A stretch of 64,000 nt of DNA from an uncultured Bacteroidales bacterium (GTDB lineage Bacteria; Bacteroidota; Bacteroidia; Bacteroidales; VadinHA17). Made by a program: the position numbers and the translations under genes. Each line of letters starts with the position of its first letter. The stretch's first letter is position 1. The notes below the pieces were generated by a model. The model did not search any database and was not told the origin of the DNA. It was given only the letters and a program-made list of their open reading frames with translations. This document shows positions 42,904 to 53,052 of the stretch, in pieces. The stretch covers positions 179,528 through 243,527 of the forward strand of contig CAVPGA010000009.1 in the NCBI GenBank assembly GCA_963703935.1, given 5' to 3'.

Positions 42904-44337
42904 ATGAAAACTGAGAAAAGACGCACATTCATTAAGAAATCAGCAATGGCAACAGCAGGTTTTGCCATCGGAGCTCCTTCCTACATCAGGGGATTTCAGC
43001 AGGTAAAACCCAGTGACAGGATCAATGTCGGAGTGATCGGAATACATGATCGCGGAGGATTATATGGAGGATCAGGTCACACAGCCAACTTTACAAAAAT
43101 AAAGGAGACACAGGTGGCAGCAATCTGCGATTGCGTTGATTATCTTATGCCACAGGCAATCAAGGATATAGAGGATCTTGGCGGAGCCAAACCTTCAACC
43201 TACACTGATTACCGCAAGATGCTTGAGAACAAGGATCTCGATATTATTTCGATAGCAACTCCGGGTTACTGGCATGGGCTCATGACAATAAATGCGTGTC
43301 AGGCAGGCAAGGATGTATATGTTGAGAAACCAATATCATATAACCTCGATGAAGGAAGGAAAATGGTCCAGGCTGCCAGGAAATACAGCAGGATAGTTCA
43401 GGCGGGAACCCAGAGAAGAGCCAACAGGCTTACAATGAAAGCTATCCAGATGTTACGCGACGGAGTAATAGGTGATATCTATTTGGGACGTGGCACGGTA
43501 TACCGCTCAAGGCCCAGTATCGGGAAAAAACCTGATGGTCCGGTTCCACAGGGTGTTAACTGGGATCTCTTCAGGGGGCCGGCTCCGATGATACCATTCA
43601 ATGAAAATCACTTCCTGTATAACTGGCACTGGTTTTGGGATACCAGTACAGGCGAATTTGGAAATAATGGCATACATGCGATGGACATAGTCCGCCAGGG
43701 AATGAGTATTAACGAACATCCGTCTAAAATAGCATGCTGTGGAGGATTCTATGCATATGCAAAAGAGTCAGACCAGAATGTTCCCAATCTCCAGGTTGCA
43801 ACATTTGAATATTCCAATGGGTCCATAATGGAGCTCGAGGTGAGAAGTCTGCCAACGCCCAATGAACCGTGGGGCAACTTATGGCTTGGAACAAAAGGAT
43901 ATGCAACGATGCAGAATGGCTTTCAGGTTTTCCTGAGCGGAAATGAACGTGCCGCAGTCGATGGTCAGGCCGGCACAGCAGCCTTCAGCACAGGAAGGCA
44001 GCAGGACAGAAGCACCAAACCTTCGATAACGGTAACAGCAGAAGATCTGGAACCCAATCCCAGATGGGAAGAAATCGCAAATTCAAAAATTGATTATCAT
44101 TTCCAGAATTTTGTGGATTGTGTGAAAAGCCGTAATTACAAAGAGCTCATTGCAGATATAGAAGAAGGACATATTTCAACTGCTATGATGCATTTGGGTA
44201 ACACAGCTTACCATACCGGACGGAAACTGATATTTGACGGGAAGACTGAACAGTATGTAAATGACAAGGAAGCTAATTCATACCTTTCTCGTCCTGACGG
44301 CGGGAGAAAACCATTCAATATACCTAAAGTTGTTTGA
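42904..44337 (+). CDS. Tat-exported Gfo/Idh/MocA family oxidoreductase
   Basis: 477-aa intact ORF with a twin-arginine signal (KRRTFIKKSAMATAG), a Rossmann motif (VGVIGIHDRGG) and an EKP motif (VEKPIS). Confidence 0.85.
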   Translation: MKTEKRRTFIKKSAMATAGFAIGAPSYIRGFQQVKPSDRINVGVIGIHDRGGLYGGSGHTANFTKIKETQVAAICDCVDYLMPQAIKDIEDLGGAKPSTYTDYRKMLENKDLDIISIATPGYWHGLMTINACQAGKDVYVEKPISYNLDEGRKMVQAARKYSRIVQAGTQRRANRLTMKAIQMLRDGVIGDIYLGRGTVYRSRPSIGKKPDGPVPQGVNWDLFRGPAPMIPFNENHFLYNWHWFWDTSTGEFGNNGIHAMDIVRQGMSINEHPSKIACCGGFYAYAKESDQNVPNLQVATFEYSNGSIMELEVRSLPTPNEPWGNLWLGTKGYATMQNGFQVFLSGNERAAVDGQAGTAAFSTGRQQDRSTKPSITVTAEDLEPNPRWEEIANSKIDYHFQNFVDCVKSRNYKELIADIEEGHISTAMMHLGNTAYHTGRKLIFDGKTEQYVNDKEANSYLSRPDGGRKPFNIPKVV

Positions 44338-44418
44338 TCAGTATCAAGAAGCACCGGGTTAAGTCCCAGGCAACAATATTAGTCAGCCATTTATACTTTA
44401 AATTGCATAACTGGCTTG

Positions 44419-45681
44419 ATGCCAGATTCTTGCGTCTTTGCTATCAACATATTAAAATTAAGTGCTGTGAAACAGGATTTAGCTATTAACGGTGGACCGA
44501 GAACCGTCAATAAAAGTTTTCCCTGGCCAATATTTGATGGAACAGAAATTAAAGCAATCACCGATATCGTAAACAGCGGTCAGTGGGGTAATCCCGACTG
44601 CGGAGATATAGTAAAGACATTTGAGGACGAGTTTGCTGCTTTCTGCGGAACAAAATACGCTCTTGCATGTGTCAATGGATCGGTGGCATTAAGGCTCGCT
44701 CTGATAGCCTGCAATGTACGTCCAGGAGATGAGGTTATAATTACACCTTATACCTTTATTGCAACCGCATCGATTGTTTTGGAAGCCAATTGTGTCCCGG
44801 TATTCGTTGACATTGATCCACGAACTTACAATATTGATCCCGACGAAATTAAGAAAGCAATTACTGAAAGGACCAGAGCGATTATCCCCGTCCATTTCGC
44901 AGGACAAGCCTGCGAAATGGACAGAATAATGGACATCGCAAAGAATAACAACCTCAGGGTGATTGAGGATGCATGCCACGGGCACGGAGCAGAATATAAA
45001 GGAAAAAAACTCGGAAGCATGGGAGATGCAGGATGTTTCAGTTTTCAATCGTCAAAAAATCTTACAAGCGGTGAAGGCGGAATGGTGATTACAAATGATG
45101 ATGAGCTTTATGATATGATGAACTCCCTCCGGAATGTCGGCCGGGTTAAGGGTGGGCAATGGTACGAACATCATTATCTGGGATGCAACTACAGGATCAC
45201 TCAACTTCAGGTGGCATTGTTACTAACTCAGTTCAAGAGACTTAGGGATCAAACCCAACATCGACACGAAAACGGCACATATCTTAATTCCCTTCTTAGC
45301 AGGATAGATGGAATAAAACCACTAATCCGGGGATTGGGTGAGACTTTACACAGCTATCATATTTATATTTTCAAGTATGACAAATCTAAGTTCAATAATC
45401 TGTCAAAACCTGAATTTGCAAAAATGCTTGCTGCAGAAGGTGTTCCCTGCTTTATGGGTTATCCTCAGCCATTATATAAACAGCCGCTTTTCCAGAAGAA
45501 AAATTTCATGTGCTATGCCATACCAGAGGAAGTGGATTATACGAATGTCTGCTGTCCGGTTGCTGAAAAGGCGTGTTACGAAGATGCAGTCTGGATAATG
45601 CAGAATGCCATGCTGGGGACGAAAGAGGATATGGAGAAATTTGCAGAGGCGATTGTCAAGATCCAAACAGCAGTAAGTTAA
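44419..45681 (+). CDS. DegT/DnrJ/EryC1/StrS-family PLP aminotransferase
   Basis: It has LAINGGP near the N-terminus and a PLP-lysine region (FSFQSSKNLTSGEGG). The start is uncertain: TTG 44416, ATG 44419, or GTG 44467 just before VKQDLAINGG. There is no signal peptide. Confidence 0.85.
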   Translation: MPDSCVFAINILKLSAVKQDLAINGGPRTVNKSFPWPIFDGTEIKAITDIVNSGQWGNPDCGDIVKTFEDEFAAFCGTKYALACVNGSVALRLALIACNVRPGDEVIITPYTFIATASIVLEANCVPVFVDIDPRTYNIDPDEIKKAITERTRAIIPVHFAGQACEMDRIMDIAKNNNLRVIEDACHGHGAEYKGKKLGSMGDAGCFSFQSSKNLTSGEGGMVITNDDELYDMMNSLRNVGRVKGGQWYEHHYLGCNYRITQLQVALLLTQFKRLRDQTQHRHENGTYLNSLLSRIDGIKPLIRGLGETLHSYHIYIFKYDKSKFNNLSKPEFAKMLAAEGVPCFMGYPQPLYKQPLFQKKNFMCYAIPEEVDYTNVCCPVAEKACYEDAVWIMQNAMLGTKEDMEKFAEAIVKIQTAVS

Positions 45682-45695
45682 AAAATAAGAAGCAA

Positions 45696-46961
45696 TCAGC
45701 TGCTCCTTACTTTATGCCCGAGAACGGCATAAAACAAGATATACAGATAAACGGGAATCAGAATCCAGTAAGCTGTCTGTGCATTAATGACATCAGCTAT
45801 CCGGCCATAGAGGAGAGGGAGCACTGCGGCTCCGGAAATTGCCATAACCATCATTGAAGAACCAATTTTTGTGAAGCGTCCTAATCCCGTTATGGCCAGA
45901 GGCCAGATTGAAGGCCACATCAACGAATTGGCAAGCCCAAGCAATGCAATGAACATTACGGACGTGAATCCAAATGTAAATAAGGCCATTAATGCAAAGA
46001 AAACTCCGAGGATTGAAGAAATTATCAAAGCATTCTTTTGCTGAAGATATTTCGGGATCGTTATTATCCCTATGACATAACCAACAAGCATTGCAAATAT
46101 CGTAAATGATGAAAAGAATTTTGCGGTGGCAATCGGTATATCGAGAAATACCCCATAGCTAATTATAGTGTTGCCTGCAATAACCTCCACTCCTGTGTAC
46201 AAAAAAATTGCCAGAACACCCAGTAACAGGTGAGGAAATCTGAATACACTCTTTTTTCCCAGACTTCCCTCATCAATAATTGCATTTTCCTCCTCGGCGT
46301 TAATATCAGGAAGATTGGAGTAATAGAGCAATATCGCAAGCAGAAATAATGATATCATTATCAGTATATATGGAATTATCACCCTTGATGCAAGCGCATT
46401 TAGTTCAAGATTCTTTTGGTCTCCGGTCATACTTATAAGTCTCAGGACAATTTCATCCGCGCCTTTTAGTGTAATAAAGCCTAATATTGCAGGAGCCAAA
46501 ACACCCGCAATACCATTGCAAATACCCATAATACTGATACGCCTGGCAGCACTTTCAATTGGCCCGATAATAGTCACATAGGGATTGGAGGCAGTCTGAA
46601 GTAAAGCCATGCCTGCTCCCTGAACAAACAGTCCTGTGAGAAATAACCCATATGTTCTGGTTATTGCGGCAGGAACAAAAATGAGGGATCCTAATGCCAT
46701 AATAATAAGTCCGATAGTCATCCCTTTCTTGTAACCAGTATATTCAAGGAACCAACCCGAAGGCACGGACATAAAGAAATAGGCAATATAAAATGAGAAT
46801 GCGACCAAATATGACTGGAAATTATTCAATTCGCAAGCTATTTTCAGGTAGGGAACAAGAACTGCACTAAGCCAGGTAATAAAACCAAAAACAAAAAACA
46901 AGACTCCTATTATAATTATCGGACTGGAGATATCCTTATAAAGTTTTCTTATTTTATTCAT
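45696..46961 (-). CDS. MFS sugar transporter, glucose/galactose (GluP/FucP-like) family
   Basis: 421-aa ORF with 12 predicted TM segments and the family N-terminal pattern FFVFGFITWLSAVLVPYLK...LQTASNPYV. Confidence 0.8.
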   Translation of the reverse strand: MNKIRKLYKDISSPIIIIGVLFFVFGFITWLSAVLVPYLKIACELNNFQSYLVAFSFYIAYFFMSVPSGWFLEYTGYKKGMTIGLIIMALGSLIFVPAAITRTYGLFLTGLFVQGAGMALLQTASNPYVTIIGPIESAARRISIMGICNGIAGVLAPAILGFITLKGADEIVLRLISMTGDQKNLELNALASRVIIPYILIMISLFLLAILLYYSNLPDINAEEENAIIDEGSLGKKSVFRFPHLLLGVLAIFLYTGVEVIAGNTIISYGVFLDIPIATAKFFSSFTIFAMLVGYVIGIITIPKYLQQKNALIISSILGVFFALMALFTFGFTSVMFIALLGLANSLMWPSIWPLAITGLGRFTKIGSSMMVMAISGAAVLPLLYGRIADVINAQTAYWILIPVYLYILFYAVLGHKVRSS

Positions 46962-47234
46962 TTTCAGGTATAATTAGTCCATGCCAGGCATTAATCAAAG
47001 AGGCTGGACGGAAATTGACAAATTAAATCCATTCTTTTAATAGAATCAAGTACAATTTTGTCACAAAGGTCATGAATTAAATAATAATTGGTTAAAATCA
47101 CTTTGGGATTTCCAACTTTGTACACACATAATAGTCATTTTCAAAATATACTTGACTGTGATTGTTTCATCTCGTAACTTACATGATATAAATGATCCTT
47201 TAAAAATTCTTTCCCATTTAGAAATTACAATCCT

Positions 47235-47759
47235 ATGAAATCTTTTTTTTTGATAATGATGATTTCAGTTTTTCTTCTAATATGTACAAATTGTTTGATA
47301 AATGGTCAAACTAAATTTAACGGATTTGCCGTTAACCCAAAATTTGGATTATATGGCCCTTTTTCTGGAGGGCTCCCTGGATCTGTGGGGGGTATAGAAT
47401 TTAATTTTCTAAGGAACAAGTTAATTTTCAGCCTGGACTACTATCGTAGTAAATTTACTTTCATCGGTAGTAAAGAAGAGTTGCTTAATCAATTTGATTT
47501 CTTATTCGGAGGATATTTTGATAACCAATCCTGGAACACCCGACTTCAAATTCAAGGTGGTCTGGGTACATTAAAAGGGATAATTTATAATGATGCCGAG
47601 CAGATTTCCACTATTGGTGTACCATTAAAACTGGGATTTAAATGGTTACCTTCCAGTTCTATTAGCATTGGGATTGATTTACAGGCAAAATTAAATTCTA
47701 AATATTCCATCTACATGATAATGGCAAGTTTGGAAATCGGTAAACTTAGAAATAAATAA
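47235..47759 (+). CDS. Small secreted beta-strand-rich protein (possible outer-membrane beta-barrel)
   Basis: 174-aa ORF with a signal peptide and an alternating hydrophobic pattern. A fragment of a paralog is found at 36132. Confidence 0.5.
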   Translation: MKSFFLIMMISVFLLICTNCLINGQTKFNGFAVNPKFGLYGPFSGGLPGSVGGIEFNFLRNKLIFSLDYYRSKFTFIGSKEELLNQFDFLFGGYFDNQSWNTRLQIQGGLGTLKGIIYNDAEQISTIGVPLKLGFKWLPSSSISIGIDLQAKLNSKYSIYMIMASLEIGKLRNK

Positions 47760-47789
47760 ATGTGTTATAACTCTGACAGATAAGTAATT

Positions 47790-47935
47790 TTCGTGCCACC
47801 AAATCGTTCAGATAATTCATCATTGAAACAAACATTCGGAACAGCACCAGCCCTGTACTGCTTATTTCAAGGAACTGCGCAGGTAATTCATCTCCGGCAA
47901 AAAGTGATTTAGTTGGTAAAAAGAGTTCATTGGGT
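47790..47935 (-). other. Gene relic: 3' end of a paralog of the Fe-S flavoprotein gene
   Basis: 47865-47902 matches 36263-36300 at 33 of 38 positions. The minus-strand translation IQPNELFLPTKSLFAGDELPAQFLE parallels LKNDLVYIFAGGELPTRFLE of the intact gene. Confidence 0.7.
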
Positions 47936-48010
47936 TGAATAAGTTTACTTAAATTTTTTTAATTTAAAGGGCTGTAACAAACATGTATAATCCTTATAAA
48001 CTAATGTGAC

Positions 48011-48586
48011 ATGAAAATCAGATTATCATTTATCGTCATTACACTATTTGCATTATCAGAACTGAATGGCCAGATTTCTGATAATTGTGTTGCCAATGTA
48101 ATACTTTCCGGATACTCGGAAAGGGCATACACATCAGATCCTGTAACTGATCAACAGCTTGATTTGATACTGAAATGCGGTATCAAGGCTCCCAGCGGAA
48201 GGAACAACCAGCCATGGAGATTTACTGTGGTTAATGACTTAGCCTCCATGAAAGAGATCATCAATGATGTAGTTCCCGGAAATGTCCTGGTAATTGTTTC
48301 AGGGATGGAATCAGAAGGCGGAGGCACTCCTGATCTTGATTGCGGACTGGCTACGGAGAGTATGTTCGTAGCAGCACATAGTCTTGGGCTTGGGGCACGG
48401 ATATACGGCGGTCCCGCCGGAAACATCAACTCAAATAAAGAACTTTTTCAGATCCCATCAGGGTTTAAAGCTGTGGTTGTCCTGCGAATCGGCAATGTTG
48501 ATAAAAGTGTGGATGCCGTGTCAGCTGCAACACCGAGAAAGAAGGCGGAGGAGATCATAAATTTCAAACAACTCAGAAACAATTAG
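48011..48586 (+). CDS. Nitroreductase family protein with signal peptide
   Basis: 191-aa ORF with the motif RAYTSDPVTDQQLDLILKCGIKAPSGRNNQPWRFTVV. Confidence 0.8.
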   Translation: MKIRLSFIVITLFALSELNGQISDNCVANVILSGYSERAYTSDPVTDQQLDLILKCGIKAPSGRNNQPWRFTVVNDLASMKEIINDVVPGNVLVIVSGMESEGGGTPDLDCGLATESMFVAAHSLGLGARIYGGPAGNINSNKELFQIPSGFKAVVVLRIGNVDKSVDAVSAATPRKKAEEIINFKQLRNN

Positions 48587-48642
48587 TGTTGAGGAGGTAA
48601 AACCAGGCCACGGGATCAATATCGGTGTAGGGAAGGGATAAT

Positions 48643-48690
48643 GAGAGTGAGCGCGGGACTGCAAGCGACTTCACTCTCGTTTCTTTTTCC
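48643..48690 (+). terminator. Weak candidate intrinsic terminator after the nitroreductase gene
   Basis: An 8-bp stem (GAGAGTGA at 48643-48650, TCACTCTC at 48671-48678) is followed by GTTTCTTTTT. The 20-nt loop is long for a terminator. Confidence 0.25.
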
Positions 48691-48744
48691 AAGGGTGATT
48701 TCCTGATTTACCGGACAATTGCAATGCTGGAGACTGCTCTCAAG

Positions 48745-48901
48745 CTGGTTTCTGGTTGCTGGTTTCTGGTTGCTGGTTGCTGGTTAAATTGTTAACTAAG
48801 AGGGTATTATATTGTCTTAATTTTAATACGTCATGAAAAATCAGAAGTTTTATAATGCTCACTTTTTATCAACTAGCAACAAGTAGCCAGTAACCAGCAA
48901 C
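48745..48901. repeat. Composite hairpin built from CTGGTT(G/T) words with a ~85-nt loop
   Basis: The left arm is CTGGTTTCTGGTTGCTGGTTTCTGGTTGCTGGTTGCTGGTT (48745-48785). The right arm is AACTAGCAACAAGTAGCCAGTAACCAGCAAC (48871-48901). The loop contains TTTTAATACGTC. Confidence 0.85.
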
Positions 48902-48906
48902 TTAGA

Positions 48907-51186
48907 CTAAATACTGAAATTAAACGTATATGTATACTTTGCCATAACTGACCTGCAGTTGTAGACAGGCAGGTATGGTTCCTCGCGGGTGAGGCTTGTG
49001 TTACGTCCTTCGTTGAACATGAAATAGAGATCATTGCCCTCCGATGGGTTATATCTTATTCTGAAGTTCGTTAGGATGCTGTGGTCGGCTGTGTTGTGCT
49101 GTATCAGGGTGCTGATGGAAAACTTTGAATTGAGCATGTAAAGTGCCTTTATCCCGATAATGTGGTTTGTCATCCTGGTGTTTCCTGAGGGAATGTTTAT
49201 ATAATCAAAATTATAAGTGCCGGCTATTTCGAAATGTCGCGATAAATTCCATGTAGGCTCAAACCTGAAAGATACTCTGCTGCCACCGAAATACTGTCCG
49301 GTTTCAGTGGAGAACAGGGTGAACAGGTCTTTTGACTGGGGAGTGCTGAATTCAGCTCTGATATTGACGAAGCGGTACCTGCCCGGGTCAACATAGACCT
49401 CTTCCGGAATGATCTCCATCGGATCTTTCAGGTTCTCATAATTATAGACAAGCGAAATATACCCGATCCACTGGTTTTTTGTCTGAAACGACCATCCCAC
49501 CTGGGGATTCCAGGTCATCAGCGATCCGTCGGCAATATATCTGTTGTGTCTGAACCTGAATTCAGGGCCGTGGGAAAATATGGCGGATTCCGCACCCGGG
49601 ATCCAGCCGTAACGCAGCGATCCCCTCATGGTTGTCACATCTTCGATTGTCTCGAAACCGATGCCCGGATTATAATGAATTCCGGACTGGCTGTAGGCAA
49701 AATCATAGCCCAGTCCTTTCCTCGACCTTCTTTCCCACAAAACCATAAACCGGGCAGGTTCAAATGGTGTGGAGTTCATCACGCTGTCTTCGAAGGTCTG
49801 GCTCCAGAGAAGAGTCAGGTAATCACTACCGGACACCCTGAAAATACCGTCCATACCGTAGGCAAGATTAAAGGAACCATCAGCACCCAGTCGGCTGGTA
49901 AATATTGCACCTAAATAGGAGTTCTCGTTTATTACCTGCCTGCGTGCCCTGAAAACCCCAAAGTTTTCAGAGGGAAGCTCCCTGGTCAGTCCGGATGGGT
50001 TTTTTTTCATGAGAGGTGCAGTCTGCATATCGAGCACACCCAGTTCCCATTTGTTGATCCGTCCCGTTAGCTTTGCACCTCCGTATATCCTTATGGGTTG
50101 AGGATTCTCTTCGTCATCAGACAAGCCGATACGACGACTGTAAAAAAGGTTATTGTTGCCGCTCGAGTTGAAATCGAATATGTTTGCCCTCTCAAGGAAA
50201 AAAAGGCGTTTTTCAGGAAAATAGAGGGCCATACGTGTCAGGTTTATCTTTTCATCATCTGCCTCAACCTGTGCAAAGTCGGTGTTCACAGTAAGATCCA
50301 GGACCAGGTTACTCGATAACCCGTATTTGACATCAAGTCCGGCTTCGACCGGTTTTTTATCCCAGCTCCAGTATTCTGTTCCCTCTTCGTTAAGACAATA
50401 GTTCTTCTCGTATCCGATCATGGCATAGGGAGCTACATTCAGTGGTTTCGTCGGCGACACATTGCGGAGGATAATGTCCTGAGCCTTCGATGGTTTGATT
50501 GTCGAATATTCACCCCAATCGGGAGGTATGGCCGGATAAGTATCGATCTCATTCTTTGAAGAGATCCATCTCTTGACTATCAGCCCCATCCGGACTATGC
50601 CATCTTTCTGCTGGTAACGCAGGCTGGAGAGTGGCACCCTTATCTCGAGGGTCCATCCTTTCTCATCCGTGGCAGTACGAACATCCCAGAATGCATTCCA
50701 GCTCAGGTTCATAGGTTTCTGATCGGGACGGGTAAGCACGGCGTCGCGCTGGATGCTTGCATCGAAACGCAGACCATCCGCAGTAGTGTAAAAAACCACA
50801 CCGTTTTCGTTATCGTCGTAGGTATCAAGGATGAAACCGAAAAGATCCCCACCGAGTCCGGTATAATCTCTTTTGTAGCTTGATGACCTGATCATCGAGA
50901 TATCCTCATAATAGAGCCTTGCGCCCATATAAAGATAATTTTCGTCGTATGCAAAACGAACATCTGTTTCTTCGGAAGGCTCCTGCCCGTATGAAGGTGA
51001 ATGCATAGTCATTTTTAGAGGGGCGGCGATGTTCCATCCCTCTTCATTGGGAATTCCATCAAAATTCACGGGATATTGCAGTTTACTGATCTCAAAATCG
51101 GTCTGAACAGGGGAATTATTCTGGCATACCGAAACAGGTCCTGTGAGAATCAGAAGAAGCATTAAAACCGGACAATGATAACGCAT
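48907..51186 (-). CDS. CBM9-like / DUF5916-type outer-membrane-associated protein (intact paralog)
   Basis: 759-aa intact ORF with a signal peptide. It is colinear with 32774-35042 along its full length (e.g. NTDFAQVEADD, FFPEKR.FF.ER, RRQVIN.NSY). Confidence 0.75.
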   Translation of the reverse strand: MRYHCPVLMLLLILTGPVSVCQNNSPVQTDFEISKLQYPVNFDGIPNEEGWNIAAPLKMTMHSPSYGQEPSEETDVRFAYDENYLYMGARLYYEDISMIRSSSYKRDYTGLGGDLFGFILDTYDDNENGVVFYTTADGLRFDASIQRDAVLTRPDQKPMNLSWNAFWDVRTATDEKGWTLEIRVPLSSLRYQQKDGIVRMGLIVKRWISSKNEIDTYPAIPPDWGEYSTIKPSKAQDIILRNVSPTKPLNVAPYAMIGYEKNYCLNEEGTEYWSWDKKPVEAGLDVKYGLSSNLVLDLTVNTDFAQVEADDEKINLTRMALYFPEKRLFFLERANIFDFNSSGNNNLFYSRRIGLSDDEENPQPIRIYGGAKLTGRINKWELGVLDMQTAPLMKKNPSGLTRELPSENFGVFRARRQVINENSYLGAIFTSRLGADGSFNLAYGMDGIFRVSGSDYLTLLWSQTFEDSVMNSTPFEPARFMVLWERRSRKGLGYDFAYSQSGIHYNPGIGFETIEDVTTMRGSLRYGWIPGAESAIFSHGPEFRFRHNRYIADGSLMTWNPQVGWSFQTKNQWIGYISLVYNYENLKDPMEIIPEEVYVDPGRYRFVNIRAEFSTPQSKDLFTLFSTETGQYFGGSRVSFRFEPTWNLSRHFEIAGTYNFDYINIPSGNTRMTNHIIGIKALYMLNSKFSISTLIQHNTADHSILTNFRIRYNPSEGNDLYFMFNEGRNTSLTREEPYLPVYNCRSVMAKYTYTFNFSI

Positions 51187-51510
51187 TTACAGGTTAGGTA
51201 GGTTTTATCAAATTAAATTCCCCTAAAATACAAATTAAGGTGAATCTATCGATGATGGTAATAGAAAAGAAATTTTCTTTCGAAATAGCACATCAGTCAA
51301 ACAATTTCTGTCTGGACAAAAAGTCGGTTTTGTATGGTATGTTATTATTTACCTCCGGATGGAACAGGAATAAAAATGCCACACCTTACCGGTTCTCCGA
51401 AATCGGGACTTCCATCCTTTTTAAATGTAAATGATGTCCGATGAGGATGCAACCATAACCATCTCATAAGCTAAAAAACATTACTTTTGAGTTAATCAAG
51501 CTTAGCATAA

Positions 51511-51640
51511 CTTTTAAAATTCAAGTACTTTGTGAATCCTTCGTGTAATCCTTTGTGTGACTTTGTGGTAAGAAGAATTTAACCACAAAGGGTCACAAAG
51601 GCTGTCACCAAGGTATCACAAAGGAATACAATAAATTCAA
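51511..51640. repeat. CTTTGTG composite-hairpin element, copy B
   Basis: CTTTTAAAATTCAAGTACTTTGTGAATCCTTCGTGTAATCCTTTGTGTGACTTTGTGGTAAGAAGAATTTAACCACAAAGGGTCACAAAGGCTGTCACCAAGGTATCACAAAGGAATACAATAAATTCAA. The arms are complementary word by word. Confidence 0.9.
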
Positions 51641-51700
51641 TGAGAAGACTTATATTTATTAATACGGGATCAGGTTCAATACTCCTCCAGATTTAAAGCT

Positions 51701-53002
51701 ATGCCTGAAATGAGAAACAGCAGAAGAAAATTCCTTAAAAATGCCAGTGCCGCAGGTATGGGAATTGTCGGGACCAGAATAACCGGTTTATTTCCCGGAA
51801 CAACTGATAATATTTCCTTAATCCGTGTGCCTGAAATAAATATTCAGCAAATTAGTCCCGGAGGGAATGGTCTTAGCATAATAGGACAATATGGTCAGTG
51901 GGCTGCTTCGCTTACAGAAAAAATACCCTCTCTTTCATTCAGAAGAAAGGAGTGGAATGACCTTAAGAAATGGCATTTGGCTGCCGATGCAAAAGTCAGA
52001 GAGCGGCTGGCAATACCTGTTATAGAAGGCACACCTGAGGTGGTAGTCAAAAAACAATATATATATGACTCTTTACATGTTGAGGAGCTTTCATGGAAAC
52101 TGCCCTATGGTCAGCCTGCCGAAGCCATACTTCTCAAACCCGCAGAAGCAAAGACTCCATTGCCGGGAATACTTGCATTTCATGACCATGGAGGAAACAA
52201 GTATTTCGGGACAAGGAAGATAACCAGGACAAGCCAGGATCAGCACCCGCTTATGAAGGAACACCAGCAAAATTATTACAGCGGCCGGGCATGGGCAAAT
52301 GAGATTGCAAAAAGAGGTTATGTAGTATTGGTTTCAGATGCTTTTCCCTTTGCCTCCCGGCGGGTTCTTCTGAAGGACATACCCGAAAATCTCCGGAACG
52401 GACTAAGTGACGAAAATCCCGAGGAACCTATAAATATTGAAGCTTATAACAGATGGGCAGGGAATCATGAACATATAATGGCAAAATCGTTGTTCAGCGC
52501 CGGCACGACCTGGCCCGGAGTATTTCTTGCCGAGGACAGGATAGCCCTGGATATTCTTTGTGCCCGGAAAGATGTCGACAAGGAAAAGATCGGATGCGGT
52601 GGCCTGTCAGGCGGAGGTATGCGGACTGTATTCACCGGAGGCCTCGACAGCAGGATCAAGTGTGCGGTATGTGTAGGTTTTATGACAACCTGGAAAGATT
52701 TTGTCCTCAATAAATCCTTTACCCATACCTGGATGACCTATGTTCCGTTGCTGCCGAATGAACTTGATTTCCCTGAGATCCTTGGATTGCGTGTCCCGCT
52801 TCCGACGCTGGTCCTCAATGATAATGATGACAATCTTTATACTCTGTCTGAAATGAAAGCAGCCGAAACAATTCTTCTCGAGATCTACAGAAAAGCAGGA
52901 GCAGCTGATAAATTCAAATGTTCATATTACCCGGGTGAACACAAGTTCGATGCCGACATGCAAACAGAAGCTTTCAATTGGTTTGACAGGTGGCTTAAAT
53001 AG
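51701..53002 (+). CDS. Tat-exported alpha/beta hydrolase (acetyl-xylan-esterase / dienelactone-hydrolase-like)
   Basis: 433-aa ORF with a twin-arginine signal (SRRKFLKNASAAGMG) and a nucleophile elbow (GGLSGGG). Confidence 0.65.
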   Translation: MPEMRNSRRKFLKNASAAGMGIVGTRITGLFPGTTDNISLIRVPEINIQQISPGGNGLSIIGQYGQWAASLTEKIPSLSFRRKEWNDLKKWHLAADAKVRERLAIPVIEGTPEVVVKKQYIYDSLHVEELSWKLPYGQPAEAILLKPAEAKTPLPGILAFHDHGGNKYFGTRKITRTSQDQHPLMKEHQQNYYSGRAWANEIAKRGYVVLVSDAFPFASRRVLLKDIPENLRNGLSDENPEEPINIEAYNRWAGNHEHIMAKSLFSAGTTWPGVFLAEDRIALDILCARKDVDKEKIGCGGLSGGGMRTVFTGGLDSRIKCAVCVGFMTTWKDFVLNKSFTHTWMTYVPLLPNELDFPEILGLRVPLPTLVLNDNDDNLYTLSEMKAAETILLEIYRKAGAADKFKCSYYPGEHKFDADMQTEAFNWFDRWLK

Positions 53003-53052
53003 AAGTTCACACTGCTAGTCCACCTGGAAAAAAATGTATGTGCCGGCTCAGG

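Noticed and set aside
51240-51434. 64-aa plus-strand ORF and a 39-aa minus-strand ORF in the divergent intergenic region.
   Set aside because: There are no recognisable motifs, the composition is AT-rich and intergenic-like, and both sit next to the repeat element. There is too little support to call a gene.
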